Below are positions 23,101 to 38,100 of a stretch of DNA of 64,000 nucleotides, in pieces. The stretch lies in the NCBI GenBank assembly GCA_977017645.1, contig OZ360231.1:59024001-59088000 (forward strand), given 5' to 3'. Source of the DNA: Torpedo marmorata. Its lineage: Eukaryota. The notes beneath the pieces are model-generated. The model did no database searches. It was given only the letters and a program-made list of their open reading frames with translations, and had not been told where the DNA came from. Each line of letters begins with the position of its first letter. Position 1 is the first letter of the stretch. The translations under genes and the position numbers were made by a program.

Positions 23101-26100
23101 CCAGTCAGAGTGATGTCCTTTTCTGCCTCTTTCCAAACTGACATTTTCCTATAGCTGGGTGACTAGAACGGCACACAATACTTCCAGTGTACAGTTGTAA
23201 CATACTGTGCTCAATGTCCTGTCCCACGAGAGCAAGCATGCAAACAACTTCATCACCCTGTCTCCCCACGTTGTCATTTTCAGAGAACTATGTACTTGGA
23301 CCCCCTGTTCTGCATCATTCTCCAGCACCCTGCCTGTGTATGCCCTGTTCTGATTTAACCAACCAAAGTGCAACACTTCTCATTTGCCCACATTAAATTC
23401 TATTTGCCATTCTTTGGCCTACTTTTTCAGTTGTTCTAGATCCTGATGTAATCTTAGATAACCTTCTCCACTGTCCATGATATCATCAGTTTTGGTGTCA
23501 TCTGCAAACTTACTAACCATGCCACCCACATTTCATCCAGATCATTAACATAGATGACGAACAATAGTGGACCCAGCACCGATCCCTGCGATAAACTGGT
23601 GACAGGGACCCAATCTGGAAAAAACAACCTTCCACTACCATCCTACTAGCAACCCAAATTTGTTTCTAATTTGGCTAGTTCACCCTGGATCCCTTGTGAT
23701 CTAACCTTCCAGACTAGCTACCATGTAGGATCTTTTCAAAGGCCTTGCTAAAGTCCACACTACTATTCCTGTCAATACTCCTTTCAAGGCTCTTGGCTTT
23801 CTCCTGACATAATAGCCTAGTAACTTTGAAAAAAAATCTATTGTATTAACTGTCCTTTGAACAATCCATGCTAACATATTCTTTCCCAGTATTTTTTCTT
23901 CCTTCCCCTCAAGTTGTGGTGTTACATTTTGAAACCACTGAGACCATTCTAAATCAAAAAAATTTTGTCAGTTCAGCACTGTCGCTACAGCTCTTTACAA
24001 GACCGGATTGTACACCATCAGACAAGAGAGATTGGTCATCTTTTGTTGCAGCTACATTCATAATTGCCAAGCCCAGTGAACAGCTTGGCTGTGAACAGCT
24101 CCTGGATCACTGGAGAGTGGAGGGGGAAGCAAAATGTTCTTTGTACAAACTAGATTTATATTTTACTACATACCTGTATGTAATCAGAACTTGTGATTTT
24201 TGATGCCAAAGCTATAGTTAGACGAGTATCTAGATTCTGTAAGAAAAAAAAAATAGGATGGCATAGTTTGATATTCTTTGAAAAAAGCAAAATATATAAA
24301 ATTGGTATTGTATGATAGTCACATGTTTATGGAAAACCTAGTCGAGTCATAATACACTGTACCAGAGTATTAATGAGAGAACCAGATGCTATTATCTCTA
24401 CATTTTCAAACAGCAGCATGGCAAGTTTTAGTTGGGAACTGACAGCTTCTGATGTGTAAATCAAAGCTATTGGGAAAAATTCAAACAGGATCACCTGTGT
24501 CTGGAGAACATTTATATAAACAAAGTTTATATTTACTTCTCAAAGATTCTCCTTTACAATACTTCTTCAAAAATAGACATACCGAAAACACAGACAGATG
24601 TTCGCATCCTTTTACTACCAGCACTCATTTGTGATTTTCACTCCGTTTTCAGACTGGAAAGCGTCCACTAATTCTACTACACGAGACAAATGGTGTGAAT
24701 CCAGCTGGCTGAACAGTCTGGAGCTGCTGGCTTTCAGCTCTTGAATCTTCAGTAAGTCTCCAACTTCTGTGCTTGCTCTGCTGAATGCAGAATTTGGAGA
24801 CTAACCAAGTGACAGATGCAGCCGCATCAGTCCTCAAGCTCTGCTGATGGAAGTGACTGAGGGATTCCAGCTCTGTAAAGACTTCATTAAAACCTGACGC
24901 AAAACAATTTTCAATTATTTGTAAATTTCTTGGGTGCTTTCTATGAACCACATTTAAAAAAAAATTCTTTAGTAATTATTTTAGTTCAATCCTTTGGCTT
25001 ATACACATCTTTGAAATGATTTTAAAATGTTACCGAAAGTGCCAAAGCCTGTTAGGGATGTTCCAGGGAGAGAGTCCCTGGACCAAGTCACCCAACACCT
25101 AATCCTGGATGAGGCCTCATTCTCCAACTCCTGGTGTGAGGAGCAGTGAGGCTAGCCTTCCTCCAACTGGGCTGGAACCAGCAAAATCTGATCACTGAAT
25201 ATGCCATTACCACAAGCAGATCACAGATCCTGCTAACAAGCCAAAGATGTTAAATTGTGGCATAATATAGTACAATTTACTTGATAAGACTTTCAAAGAA
25301 AATTTACAGGAAGGATCCATTCTTGTCTGCTTTCCTTGGGATCATATCCACAGATGTTTAAAAAAATCATCTGGGCTGTGGAATGTGCTGGCAAAAGTGA
25401 AAGAATGAGTTGGATAGAGTGAGCTGAATAACTCCCAACAAAATCTGTTATAGACACTTGGGAAAGAAGACAGACAAAGCTTTACAAGTACAATGTGTAT
25501 ACACTATGAAAGACAGTACAATAGCCAAGCATTGCACAGCAGACACAGGCAAGACAATCATACAACTCTGGAAGCAGGTCATTTTCTAATATCATGGTGA
25601 AAATCAGCTCCCAAGTTTCTAATTTTGGAAAAGTAAAAAATATCAACTTTTACGACTTAGTTCAAGTGATTAATTATACTGGACAATGAAGATTTTGCTT
25701 CTTGAACACTTTTGGGTGTATTTTATGGATTTTGGGCTGGTAATCATGAAAATCACCTTTTTTAGATATAATCTATTTTTGTGATTTCCCGTCATTTTAA
25801 GTCTACTTCAAGCGTACAAATCCATGAAGTGCAACATGTCACTGAAAATTCATTTTCTGCATTCGCACTTGGACTTCTTCCCTGCTGATCTTGGTGCAGT
25901 CAGTGACGAACATGGTGAAAGGTTTCACCAGGACATTGCGACCATGGAAAAGTGGTATCAGGGCAACTGGCTGACTATTGTTGGACACTGACATGAGAGG
26001 CATCAGATGCGGAGTACAAATGAAAATCAGTGGCAAAACATTTTTAGGTCAGTTGAACTAACACAATGTCAGCATCATTATGCGATTAAACATGCCAAAT

Positions 26101-29100
26101 TCAATAAAAGTTAATTTAATGTTTAAAAAAAATGTTGTCCAGTGATATCAGCAATTCAACTCGGTATATTCAGGAATGGAAATATTTTTGCCATTTTGGA
26201 AAATGGAAAGTTTTTTCCCCCCACTATGATACGAATAAATCAAGATGTTTTTCCCTGAGGGATTGAAAAATAAGGAATGTTTTTGTTAAATTTCGGGATA
26301 GATTTCAAAACACTAGTCCTCATTTGATAAAAATCACTAGAAATAACATGCTGATTTAGAACTTGCTTGCTCCTGGATTACAGCCAGCTACAAAGGTTTC
26401 CATTCAACACCTGCTGACAGACCACAGAGCAATTAAAGACATCCATGAAATGTAAAAAAAAACCTTTGAAACAGTTAATCAGTACCAGGTTAACTAATAA
26501 AAGGGCATTCTTTCCACTAAAGTATTCAAGTTGGTATTTTGAACCAAAGCAGATTACTTACCATTTTGTCATATTGATTATTAAAATCCATGTTCAGGGA
26601 CTGTCGTATCTCACTCATAAGAGAAATAAAGTGAGCAGTCTGGACTTCCTCCAACTCTGGGATATGCACATCTACCATTGTTGCACCCAAATTTGTTAGG
26701 CGCTGTACCGCTGCATTAAAGTGAAACAGAATTAACAATAACAACTTGGTTAGTACAGAATTAATGCCAGTGCATTTTGCTTTAGGCCTATTTGCAAACA
26801 CATTTTCACTTCTGACGATAGGAAGTTGCATGCTGGGAGGCTTCCAGCTCGAAGCACATTTATGAGGACACAGAGACAACTCAAGACAATGTGAGCTGTT
26901 CCCCCTTCTGTAAATGCAGCATTTCTGCAAGTTGCCCATTAGCAATTGGATGACATCTCAAACGACACAAAGATTTGACAGCTATTTTTTTTTTTTTTTA
27001 ATTAACAAATTGCAGTAATAACTATGTACTCAGTTGGGCTAGCCTCACAACTCCCTTCATTAAATCTCTTCAATTTTATTTTATATTAAGTTTTATTTAA
27101 ATTTATTTAAATGTAGACATACAGCACGGTAACAGGCCATTTCAGCCCACGAGTCTGTGCTGCCAAATTTACACCCAATTAACCTACACCCCGGTACGTT
27201 TTGATTGGTGGGAGGAAACTGGAGCCCCCGGGGAAAACCCACGCAGACAAGGGGAGAACTTACCAACTCCTTACAGACAGCGCGAGATTCGAACCCCGGT
27301 CCCGATCACTGGCACTGTTTCTTAAAATAGTGTGCATCCCACACAATCTTGCCTATCAGAAAATCAATCAAGGAACCACACAGGGTAGAGGTGATTTATT
27401 TGCCCAGTTAACACAACAAATGGGAGAGTGTGGACTGTGCCCTTCTGCTCCCTCCCCACCAACACCCCCTTCAACTTTGGTTCAAGTTGGTCTCTCTTTA
27501 CCCCACCATTCTTACCTTCTCATCAGATTCCAGGCTTTGTCTTCTAAACACCCACACCACCATGTACAACTCATCTTCCTCCACTTGACCCCTTTCTTTT
27601 ACTTGCCCTCTCTCCCTTTGTCTGGCATCTGCCAATCTACTGCCTCAATCCGTCAGGATTCACTATCCCACATGGGGCCCGTTTCACTATTCCACCCCTC
27701 CCACCCTGTCCTCCAGCTTCTCATACATATTCCTATTCTCAGTAAAGGGTTTCAGCTCAAGACCAATCTTTTTCTCCCACTGACGTTGCTTAACCCATCA
27801 AGTTTTTCCAGCAGATTGTGTTCAGCTTCAGATTCTATCATCTGCCGTCGTCCGTGTGTACTGCTCTCTGAGGCGAGGACTGGCATGAACAGCATGAATG
27901 GGAGGTTGATCTTGTGATCTACTTTTTCCCCCTCTGCTAATCTTTGGAATTGCAAATTTACCAGTCAAAGATCAACCATTAATCCGAAAACTAGATGGAA
28001 CGCATCTCGTGTCCAAATGCACCCATTGAAATTCTCAAGAGTACACAACAAGAATGAATCTTTGGAAAGTTGGAGGCATTTCTACAGAAGGCCAGAGTCA
28101 AAGAGAACTAATGTCATAGGTTCAGATGGAGGGGATAAGATGAGATGCTAGCTTTTCTCCTGTCACTCCCACCCACAAAGGCAAAGAGACCTGCTGGTAA
28201 TATTATAAAATAATATTCTCCAATTTTATGAGGGTCCAGTTTGTAGGCTGAGGCTCCCTTGCTATCAATCCCATCATATATGGCAATAGATTTAAAAAAT
28301 ATTTGTACCTGTCTGGCAAACGTCCAAAACTTCAGAATCACAGTCCTGTTAAAAATTAAAGGGGAATTTCAGAATTCTAAAGTAGAATACAACAAACAAT
28401 AGAAACCATTGCAAAATGGGAATCAGGGCACAGGTATTGCAAGGAGAGGTCAGGGCCAAAGAGATAATGGCTACAGTGAGCGCCTGACTGCAATGGAAGA
28501 GCGGCAAACTGAGATCGAGCTGGAATCACTGGACTGGTAATGTCCGTCTCAGAGAGGTGGGAGACATATCTGGGCATATCTTAGTTTGTTACAGGAGGCA
28601 CCTCCAACACATTCCAAAACTTTACCCAGATTAACATCCAGTAGGCCCAGCGGAACGCAAAGCTATGAAGTTAGATGCATGTTCCACCCTGCGCTTCCAA
28701 AACCCCAAACTGCAGCACCAAAGCTTACTAATCCCAGAAGTGTTCAAATAATTTCCAACACTGCTCATTGAAATTGTAAGCATGGTCAGAACATTTTTCT
28801 CCAGGTAATTCCAGGCAACTGTTCCAATATTCCCTACTTTAATTGGGTTCAGTGGCCTTGTGTTTAAGGTTTCATTCTGCAGAGAGCAGCTTACCTCTCC
28901 GCTTCACCCCAAATTCCTGGGTGCTACCCCAAGACAGGAGTCTCACCTGCCAGACTCATCAAATTAAAAACAGCCAAAAGTTACAAACAAGGATGACTAT
29001 GGCCTTGGAAGATGTCAGGACATTACAGGGAAACAGAACCACAGCCCTCCGTACTGCAGGCCTTCTTGTACGCTCTTGTAGTGTGGCACTGCTCAGCCTC

Positions 29101-32100
29101 GCAGCAGCCACATAAAGACTGTAGGTACATAGCTAAATTCAGCCACTTTCCAAATGAGGGACTGTCAGTGCTGGCCTACCTGCCCGATTCCAAAAAATCA
29201 CGAGCAACAACCTCCCCAATCAGACATCTGACAGAATCTCCACAAAAACATTCATGTGTGAAATGAAAGACCAGCATCTTGGAAATGGGAGAACATCACT
29301 GGCACAATTTGTCCCACCAGATCAGGGAACTGGACTGGGGAAATGGGATTGTGGAGTGTTGTATGATGTAATGAGGTGGCTGGAAGTCCTTTCCTACCTC
29401 ACTGTCACTATATATCCATTTGTGCACTGAAAAAAACCCATTACAAACAACTTTATTCCACCACGGTAGGAGAAAATGCACTTTACCAAGAAGAACTTCC
29501 AATCTATTCCAAGTTTTATATTCTCCAGATCAGGATTTCCAATATTGTCAAAATTCAATGATGGCTGATGCAGACCTGAAAGAATAAAATGACAGCAGCC
29601 TAAATTGGATCTAATCCAAAATCAATCCCCACAAATTCAAGTAAAATGGTTCTAACGTCCAGAACAAGGAAGTGAAATAAGCAACCAGATGATCTTAGAA
29701 AATTACAGCAGACAATTACAAGAATACTGTTAAAGTGTTTGTCCAGTTGATGCCTAACCATCAATTAAAAACGTTCTCTTTGGTTTTAAACCTCTTCCTT
29801 TATAAACACAAACCTCTTGATTTAGCTTTAGTGACCTCCTTTACAACTTCCCCTCAATCTTCAAGAATATATAATTATAGATATAGAAATCAAGGTCTCT
29901 CTGTTCATATGTTATAAAATTATTCATAAAATTATTTTCATGATAAACTGCCCTTCTATATTATTCCTCCCAAAAAGGATCACTTCACGACACAAAGAGT
30001 TTACAACAAGTGACGATTTAGTGCAAATAGAATTAGGCAATATTATAATGTTTGTAGCTGTGTTTTGTTTTAGGGAAACTTTACAATTTCAGTCAGCTTT
30101 AAACCTGGGAAGTCATATCCAAGACTTTTCCCACAGATTAATTTTTTCCATAGATCTGCGTGTTCTTTGGCACTGCCAAAATATCATACTTTCACATCTC
30201 GTAAGTTCCTAAAACATCATTTATATAGCTTTTGAATCCAAATTCAAAGGCTGGATAAAATGCATTAAAAATAACATGGGAAGATGCAGACAAAAAAAAG
30301 TAAACTTTTGTATAGATTGGATTTAACTTATGAAGATCCAAAACAATTGAATCAGACTAACTGATCCTCTGAACCAGATGAAAACTACAATGATGTAATC
30401 TCTATGTACCCATTTAGCTGTTAAATAATATCTCCTGGAAGTAACAGCAATTGCGATAAAAATTGTGAATTCACAATTAGATTCTGGGAAATTCATTATG
30501 AGTCACTTTTCATTATCTTGTATATTCATTGCAACTGATTTCAAGAACAAATTTCACCAAATACAAGATGAATTTAAAGAAATGAAACAGAACATGAGAA
30601 AAATGGAAAATACTATAGGTAAAATAGATGTCAGAGTTAAGAAAGTAGAGGAGGAAGTTAAGAGTAACAATCATGAAGTTGAAGACTGTAGAGAAAGAGT
30701 GGATAAAATGGAAGATACTTACCTTGGTTGGGAAAAACAAAGAGATCAATTAATACAGAAGATAGATCAGATGGAGAATCAAAGTCATAGAAATAATGTG
30801 AAAATATTGGGACTGCCTGAAAATAATGAAACTTTAGATAGAACTCAATTTTTTCAAGATTGGTTGAAACAGATTTTTGGTTTTGACCAACCAGTGGAGC
30901 TTGAACGAGCCCACAGGATTGGAAGAAATCAGGTAGATCGGAGACCACGTCCAGTCTTGATGAAGTGTTTACGATATCAAGATAGAGAAAAAATTTTAAG
31001 ATAGGTGGAATAGTGGATAATGAAGAAGGTTTTCAAGGATTGCAGAAGGATTTGGGCTGCTTAGAAAAGTGGGCTGAAAAATGGCAGATGGAGTTTAATG
31101 CTGATAAGTGTGAGGTGCTTCATTTTGGAAAGAAGAATCAGAACAGGACATATGTAGTAAATGGGAGAGCATTGATGAATACAGAAGAGCAGAAAGATTT
31201 AGGAATAACGGTGCATCGTTCCCTGAAGGTGGAAACTCATGTGAATAGGGTGGTGAAGAAGGCTTTTAGTATGCTGGCCTTCATCAATCAATGCATAGAA
31301 TATCGGAGTTGGGAAGTGATGTTGAGATTATATAAGGCTTTGGTGCGGCCTAATTTAGAGTTCTGTGTGCAGTTCTGGTCGCCAAATTATAGGAAGGATA
31401 TCAACAAAGTGGAGAGAGTGCAGAGAAGGTTTACCAGAATGTTACCTGGGTTTAAGAATTTAGAGTACAAGGAGAGATTGAGCAGATTAGGTCTTTATTC
31501 TTTGGAGCGTAGAAGGTTGAGAGGGGATTTGATAGAGGTATTTAAAATTATGAAAGGGATAGACAGAGTGGATGTGGATAGACTATTTCCATTAAGAATA
31601 GGAGAGATTGAAACAAGAGGACATGAGCTAAGAGTTAAGGGGCAGAGGTTTAGAGGTAACATGAGGGGGAACTTCTTTACTCAGAGAGTGGTAGCGGTGT
31701 GGAATGAGCTTCCGGGAGAAGTAGTGGCGGCAGAGTCAATTTTAGTATTTAAGAAAAAGTTGGACAAGTATATGGATGAGAGGGAAGTGGAGGGTTATGG
31801 GCAAGGTGCAGGTAGGTGGGACTAGATAGGAATGTTTGGTTCGGTGCGGACTGGAAGGGCCTAATGGCCTGTTTCCGTGCTGTAATTGTTATATCGTTAT
31901 ATGGTTATATCAGCGATTCAACATGCACGAGATCACGGGGCTCCGATGGTGATTCAAGGTAGTAGAGTTCTCTTCTATCCTGACTTAAGTCCTATGGTGG
32001 TCAAACAACGTAAAGAATTTAATCCTGCAAAGGCAGTACTGTGGGAAAAAGGATATAAATTTTCGTTTAAGTTTCCAGCGATTTTGAGGATTCAAAATGA

Positions 32101-35100
32101 TGGTGAGAATTGTTTACTATTTATGGATCCTGAGCAAGCTCTTAATCATGCAAGAAATCTTCCACGTCTGAGAAGAAGTGTTCCTTTTGTTTCTAATCAA
32201 CAAAAGCAAGAAAGTCAAACAAGTTTGGATATCTCGATACCTGGTTCAATAACTGGAGAAAATGTTCTGGTTCAAGCTGAAGGAGAACGTGAAGATTTGG
32301 GAGGAGTTAATTGAATAAAAGTTGTATAAATAATTATCTGTTGGGGGGAGGTGGACTCATTGGGACTTTTTCCGAAACTATCACCACCTTAGCGGCGAGA
32401 GCCGCTTCTCGAACGACGGAGGGAGGTGACACTGGGGTAGACAATCCGGTGTTGTTTATGGGGTATTTCTTCTTACTTTTTCTGTTTTCTATTCTATTTG
32501 AGGAGAAAATATATGGACAACAGATTAAGAGGGAAACGCTAGCGGATCTGACAGATAGAGAACGATTAAAGTTTATTTATGGTGGATTCTAGAAGTATAA
32601 ATTTTGTAAGTATTAATGTTAATGGGCTTAATAATCCAATTAAGAGAAAAAAAACTTTGACATATATTAAGAAATTGAAAGTAGATATAGCTTTTTTACA
32701 AGAAATACATTTGATTGATAAGGAACATCAAAAGTTAAAAAGAGATTGGGTGGGACATGTAGTAGCTTCATCATTTAATTCTAAAGCGAGAGGTGTAGCG
32801 ATTTTAGTTAATAAAAAATTACCATTTAAAATACAATCAGTAGTGACTGATGTAGCTGGTAGATATGTTTTAATACATTGTCAAATTTATTCAGAAATAT
32901 GGACTTTTTTGAATGTATATGTTATAAATCCAGATGAACAGTTTATTCAAGAACAAATTTCACCAAAAGAAAAATAGCCCACAGCTAACCAAAAAGTAGT
33001 ATAATTCTTCATTTTCAAAATTTCCTACCTTCTTAATGTTTATAACCTTTCAAGATAAAAGCCCCTGGTTTTCAAGTCTACTATGTTAATGTTCAACTAC
33101 ATATCAGTTAGTAGTCAGGGAAAATAGTGCCAATACTGAAAATCTGAAATAAAATTAGAAAATGCTGGTCAAGACAGCCTCCGTGGAAGGAGAAATGTTT
33201 AATGTTTCAGGCCAATGGATATTCAAAAGGAACTCCATTTCTCTCATCACAGTTGTTGCCCACGTGTTCAGCACTTTATAATTTTCTGTTTTAAACCAGT
33301 CTGCTGGGCCACTGGTACTTTCCCAGGGTTTGATCGGGAATCAAATTGGACCAGCAAAGTCAGAGCATGTTTGGACACTGTTCAAATTATTTCTGGCATA
33401 ATAACAAGAATTTGATTATACAGCACCGAAGTCTTCAGTCCTGTGTATTCAAGAGAAATTTCCTAAAATAAATTATGGTTACAACTTTTCTGGGACCTAT
33501 TAAAAGGACCATACAATTTGACCAGGCCCTTCCTGTCACAACTCATCCTTGCTGCCCTCCCCCACCACTGCAATTTTCACATCAAGGCCACTTAAGATAA
33601 TGTCTTTTCCCATGCAATGCTCCATTTGGGACACTACAGGGGGAGCTGGACCTTGCTGTCCTGGAGAGCTCATCATAGGGCATTCCAAGGATAACATAGC
33701 CTTAATCCCATATCACAGTACAAAGTGGCTTACAGGGCAGCATAATACTTAAATGAGAAGATCACTGACCACCTCAATTCACCGATTCTGCCATCTCGTT
33801 TCCTTCCTTGTGTAAAGGCAGACCCTCATACTAACCTCTCCATTCCAAGAACTGGACCAATTCCCACTCTCATCTCCACTGCACAAGACAGTTAATGATC
33901 CACAATTGAATTGAGATAAATTTCTGTTTCAAAACATCTCCCTTCTCCTTCAGGCAGAGGCCTGACTGGATTGGTGTCCAGAGGTAGGTCCCATTTGTGG
34001 AGAAATACAAATCAATAACCCAATGTCCATTAGAGAGAGATGGTTGCAAGGTGACCAAGGCTGGGAAATAGAGGTTGACACTTTGGATAATAGGCAGGAA
34101 GGAAACAGTTAATAAAGTATTAGCTCACTGCAGTGATGAGGAATAATATTGGCTCATAAACTCACGACGTAGAATCATTTCTACATCGATAAATCATAGT
34201 GATAAGTAGTCACTGGTGGAATTAGTACATAGACTCCCATCAGAGTCTATCCTCAAGGAAAGAATACAAATCAAGATACAAGGAGGGCTTACAAGATAAA
34301 TACTGCAATAAAATCATGGGCATTTTAACTATTATATAGATTAGACAAATCAAATTAGCATCAAGGACAAACTCTAGAGTGCATTCGGAATTGTTTATTA
34401 GAGCAATATATTGAGGAACAAACCAGGGAGTAGACTACTTTAGAGCTGGTACTAAGCAATGAGACAGGATTACTTAATGATTCCACAGAAAAGAATCCCC
34501 CAGGAAAGATTGACGATAGCACTATAGCATTTCAAAGTCAGTCTGAGCAGAAACCTGGATCTGAAGCTCATGCCTTAAACTTAACTAACAGCTATTTCAA
34601 TGGGATGATGGCCAATGTGAACTGGAAATATAGATTAAGGGAGGCTTTATTCTGCAGTAGCAGCAGCAAGTATTTATGCAGACATTTCATACTTTTAAGC
34701 AAAGCTATATTCCAATGTGGGGGAAAAAAAGCTCCTCAAGAGTGATGGTGCATCCCAAGGATGGAATCAAATTGAAAGAAAAGGCACAAAATGTTCCAAA
34801 GATTCTTGGGAGGTCAAATGATTGGAAGATATTTAGTCATCATTTGATGGTTGCCAAAAAAAATGAATAAAGAGGAATAAGACAAGTGTAAACTAGCAAA
34901 CAGTACAAAAACAAACAGAAAGAGCTTCTACAGGTAGCTGAAGAGAGTGGTTAAACACAAGAATGGGAAATTATTGATGGGAAATAGTGAAATGGCAGAG
35001 ATTCCAAATAAAGTACTGAATTTATTTATGTTTGAAATTTAATTTATAGCATATTTGCACTGCAATCCTGCTGCAAAACAATGAATTTCGCAGCATGTTC

Positions 35101-38100
35101 ATGACAATTGTTATGGACCATGACTGACCATTTAGACTGCGGACGGTCAGCAGGAAGGATGAAGTATTTTGGAGTACACACTGGGGCCAGGTACTGAAAG
35201 AGTTAACTTGCCCAGGACTTGGTGTACCCAGAAAGAGAGAGAGAGCAGAGAGAGACAGACTGTGGAAAAGATACATTGTTGCACTTTTGCAAAAGCAGGT
35301 GCAGACCTCTGCAAAAAGCAGACAGTTGGGAGTTGCAAAGGCTAGAGAACACAGCCAAATCCAGGCTTGTGCATCCCAGAGAAAAGACTGGCAGGATAGC
35401 ACATGGCCTCCTGTCTCAGAGAAATTCTGAGGTAAAGCAATTTCTGTGGAGAACAGGCGTGAGATCAGCGAGACTAGCTGTGAGATCCAAGCACACGCCT
35501 TAATCAGTGGTATACTGATCTGAACAGACAATCCTTATGAAAACACAAGAAGGGAACGTCATCAGAGAAGAAAAACAAGTATTTGTAAGCATAAACAGTC
35601 ATTGTCTCTCTCCAACGTTCATTTAGAAGTACTTCTACCAGACACAGAGCTGAATTTGAAACCTGAACTTAGAGAGTGAATTTTGTGGACTGTATTATTC
35701 TTTTTTTTTGACTGACTTGTTTTTATGACTGACCTGGGGTTTTTGGGGAAAGTTTTTCCATTTTTACATAAGGGTTGGGCACAGACTGTAATGGTCTGGG
35801 CTTTATACACACTACCTTTTAGATAAGAATAGTGTTTATAGACGTTTATAGTGGGGTTAATTGTTGTGAAATTATATGTTTACTTGTGTTTAATAAATAT
35901 AAATTTCAATTTTACCCCTTTTGCATTGCATCTTCTGTCGTTGCTGGTTTGATTTTGTAACACAATAAATACTGATTCTGACATGCTGTGAGCATGTTTC
36001 TCTTGCTGGAGTAGCGCGGCTGCATAATTTCAGATAAGGGTTGAATCCATTTAATACAGAGAAGAAATTCCTTCTAAATGTCCAAGAGATAGAGAGGCAG
36101 AATCATTGAAGATATAGCTGACATACATTTAAACTGCAAGGGAGGGTGGGTAGAGAGTGGGAAAGTGGTATGAGGCCAAGACTGGATCAGTCGTGATACT
36201 GAAATGGTAGAGCAAGCCCAAGAGGCTGCTTGGTGTGCACGTATGACCATGCAGTACTTCCAAGCATGAAAAGGTGCACCGTTCTGTCTCCTGCAACTAT
36301 GACTTTCAGCTGCAGACACAAATGAACTTTGATGCAATTGAGACAACAGCCAAGTGGACCACTACTTCTTGACTCAAGTCAACATCACTATTTTCTGCTG
36401 CATTTCTGCACAAGACAATGCAGTTACACTGCCACGTTTAAAATAATTGGCAAATCACCTTGATTAGAACCATAGCTGCGACGATCGTCTTCGACAGAAC
36501 ACACACTTACTCTGATGCTCTAAATTAGTATTATAAATTAATATTTCTAGTTCATTACAACACTTACTATAGGAGTAATTGGGGTCAGGACCAGCCAGAA
36601 TTGCATAGGCCAAAGCAGCATCTTTTACAGAGGTACAAATTGGACCTGCAAATACAAATTATTCAGAACGTCAGCTTAGTCCAACAGAATAGAGAGCAAC
36701 TGTTTCTCCTTTACTACTTTAGAGGAAAAAAAAAAAAAAAAAAAGAGTAAAGCAGATTCAATAAGGAAGTGGATATTGGATTATTTAAGGATTCTGGACA
36801 AGAAATTAATTGACAATAAGAGAGTCACATTGCAAGTGGGCTTTGATTATACCTACATAAGGCACTGGGGACAAGTGAATGGCCCTGTATTTTTTGCTTT
36901 CTGACTGGGTCTGGGTTTGTATTGGGGAATTTAGGGTTGCAGAATCAGGCAGAAATATCATTGGGTCAGGTCAGGTCTAAAAGGGAAGTGTTTGGTTGGA
37001 ATGGGTGGGTGGATTTCAGGACCTGGCCAGGACCTGCTTCAGAGAGCATTGAAATATGATCATTCTGAGAGGGTCCAATAATATGATCCAAGTTCCCAGG
37101 AGCCTAATGAGAGCAAATACATCACTTCATGCATGTCTATGGCAAAGTGTGTTTCTAAGTCAGAAGTTGCTGGTCAAATTTCCACGGCATTGGTTCAACC
37201 CACAGATCATTACACTCATTATATAGTTCCGAAAAAACATGTTAACCAACAAAAATATCTATGTCATTATCTCCTTTTGTTTCTCATCATTGAAAGAAGT
37301 AACAAGCTATAAACCAATTTAATTAAATTTGGTGTCTACTGTTTCTGACTCTCAGGAGTTCATTATTAACGTTGTAGGCAAAGTACAATTTCAACACGAC
37401 TTTGTATTGCGTAGAAACACAAATTTGGATTAGTTCAAACATTACAAATATTGGGCTAGAAGGCAAATAGTGGGAAAATAGATGATCAACCACAACCATA
37501 TTTAATGGCAGAGCAGGCTTGATGGGCCAAATGAGCAAACTCCTTCTCCTGATTTTCTACATTTTTATTGGAAGAGAATACTGATGAGTTTTCTTTGAAA
37601 AGACATTTACAGCTTAAGTACCACTTACCCTTTGTAAACTACAATTCTGTATATCAAAAGTATATTTTAATCAATTATGTTTACTGCACATAACATGCAC
37701 ATTTTTTTTTAAAGACGTAAAAAGGGGGAGAAAATTATGGATGCATCTGAAGTCTCATCTTACCCAAACTCACAGTAGAGTAAGAAAGAGGATAAGACCC
37801 ATAGGAACTGATTCGACCAAAAGTAACTAAAAGTAAAATGAAGAAATCCGTTAATGTTTTTATTTTGTTAGTAATAAAAGTTCAAATATTCTGAATACAC
37901 ATGTCAACACAATTCGGAGACCAAAGCAGAAATCTAAACATTACAGTGAAAAGTGCAAACTTTGCTCCTTTAACAGAAAATCTTGGAAGTGAACAATCAT
38001 TTATAATAGTGTAGCGATACATTAAGTGCAAGTCAGCTAAAGTGATCACAAAGCAAAAAGTATACTGGATGTTGTCTGGAGCATATTCCTTCCAGATAAA

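Noticed and set aside
27201-27917. 238-aa ORF on the + strand
   Set aside because: Chance read-through of an antisense SINE, C-rich DNA and a Penelope remnant; no recognisable domain.
1908-35962. A single giant provirus bounded by the two family-A LTRs
   Set aside because: The second LTR has its own CAAT TSD, the first interrupts a continuous L1 frame, and the interval holds ordinary spliced host genes.
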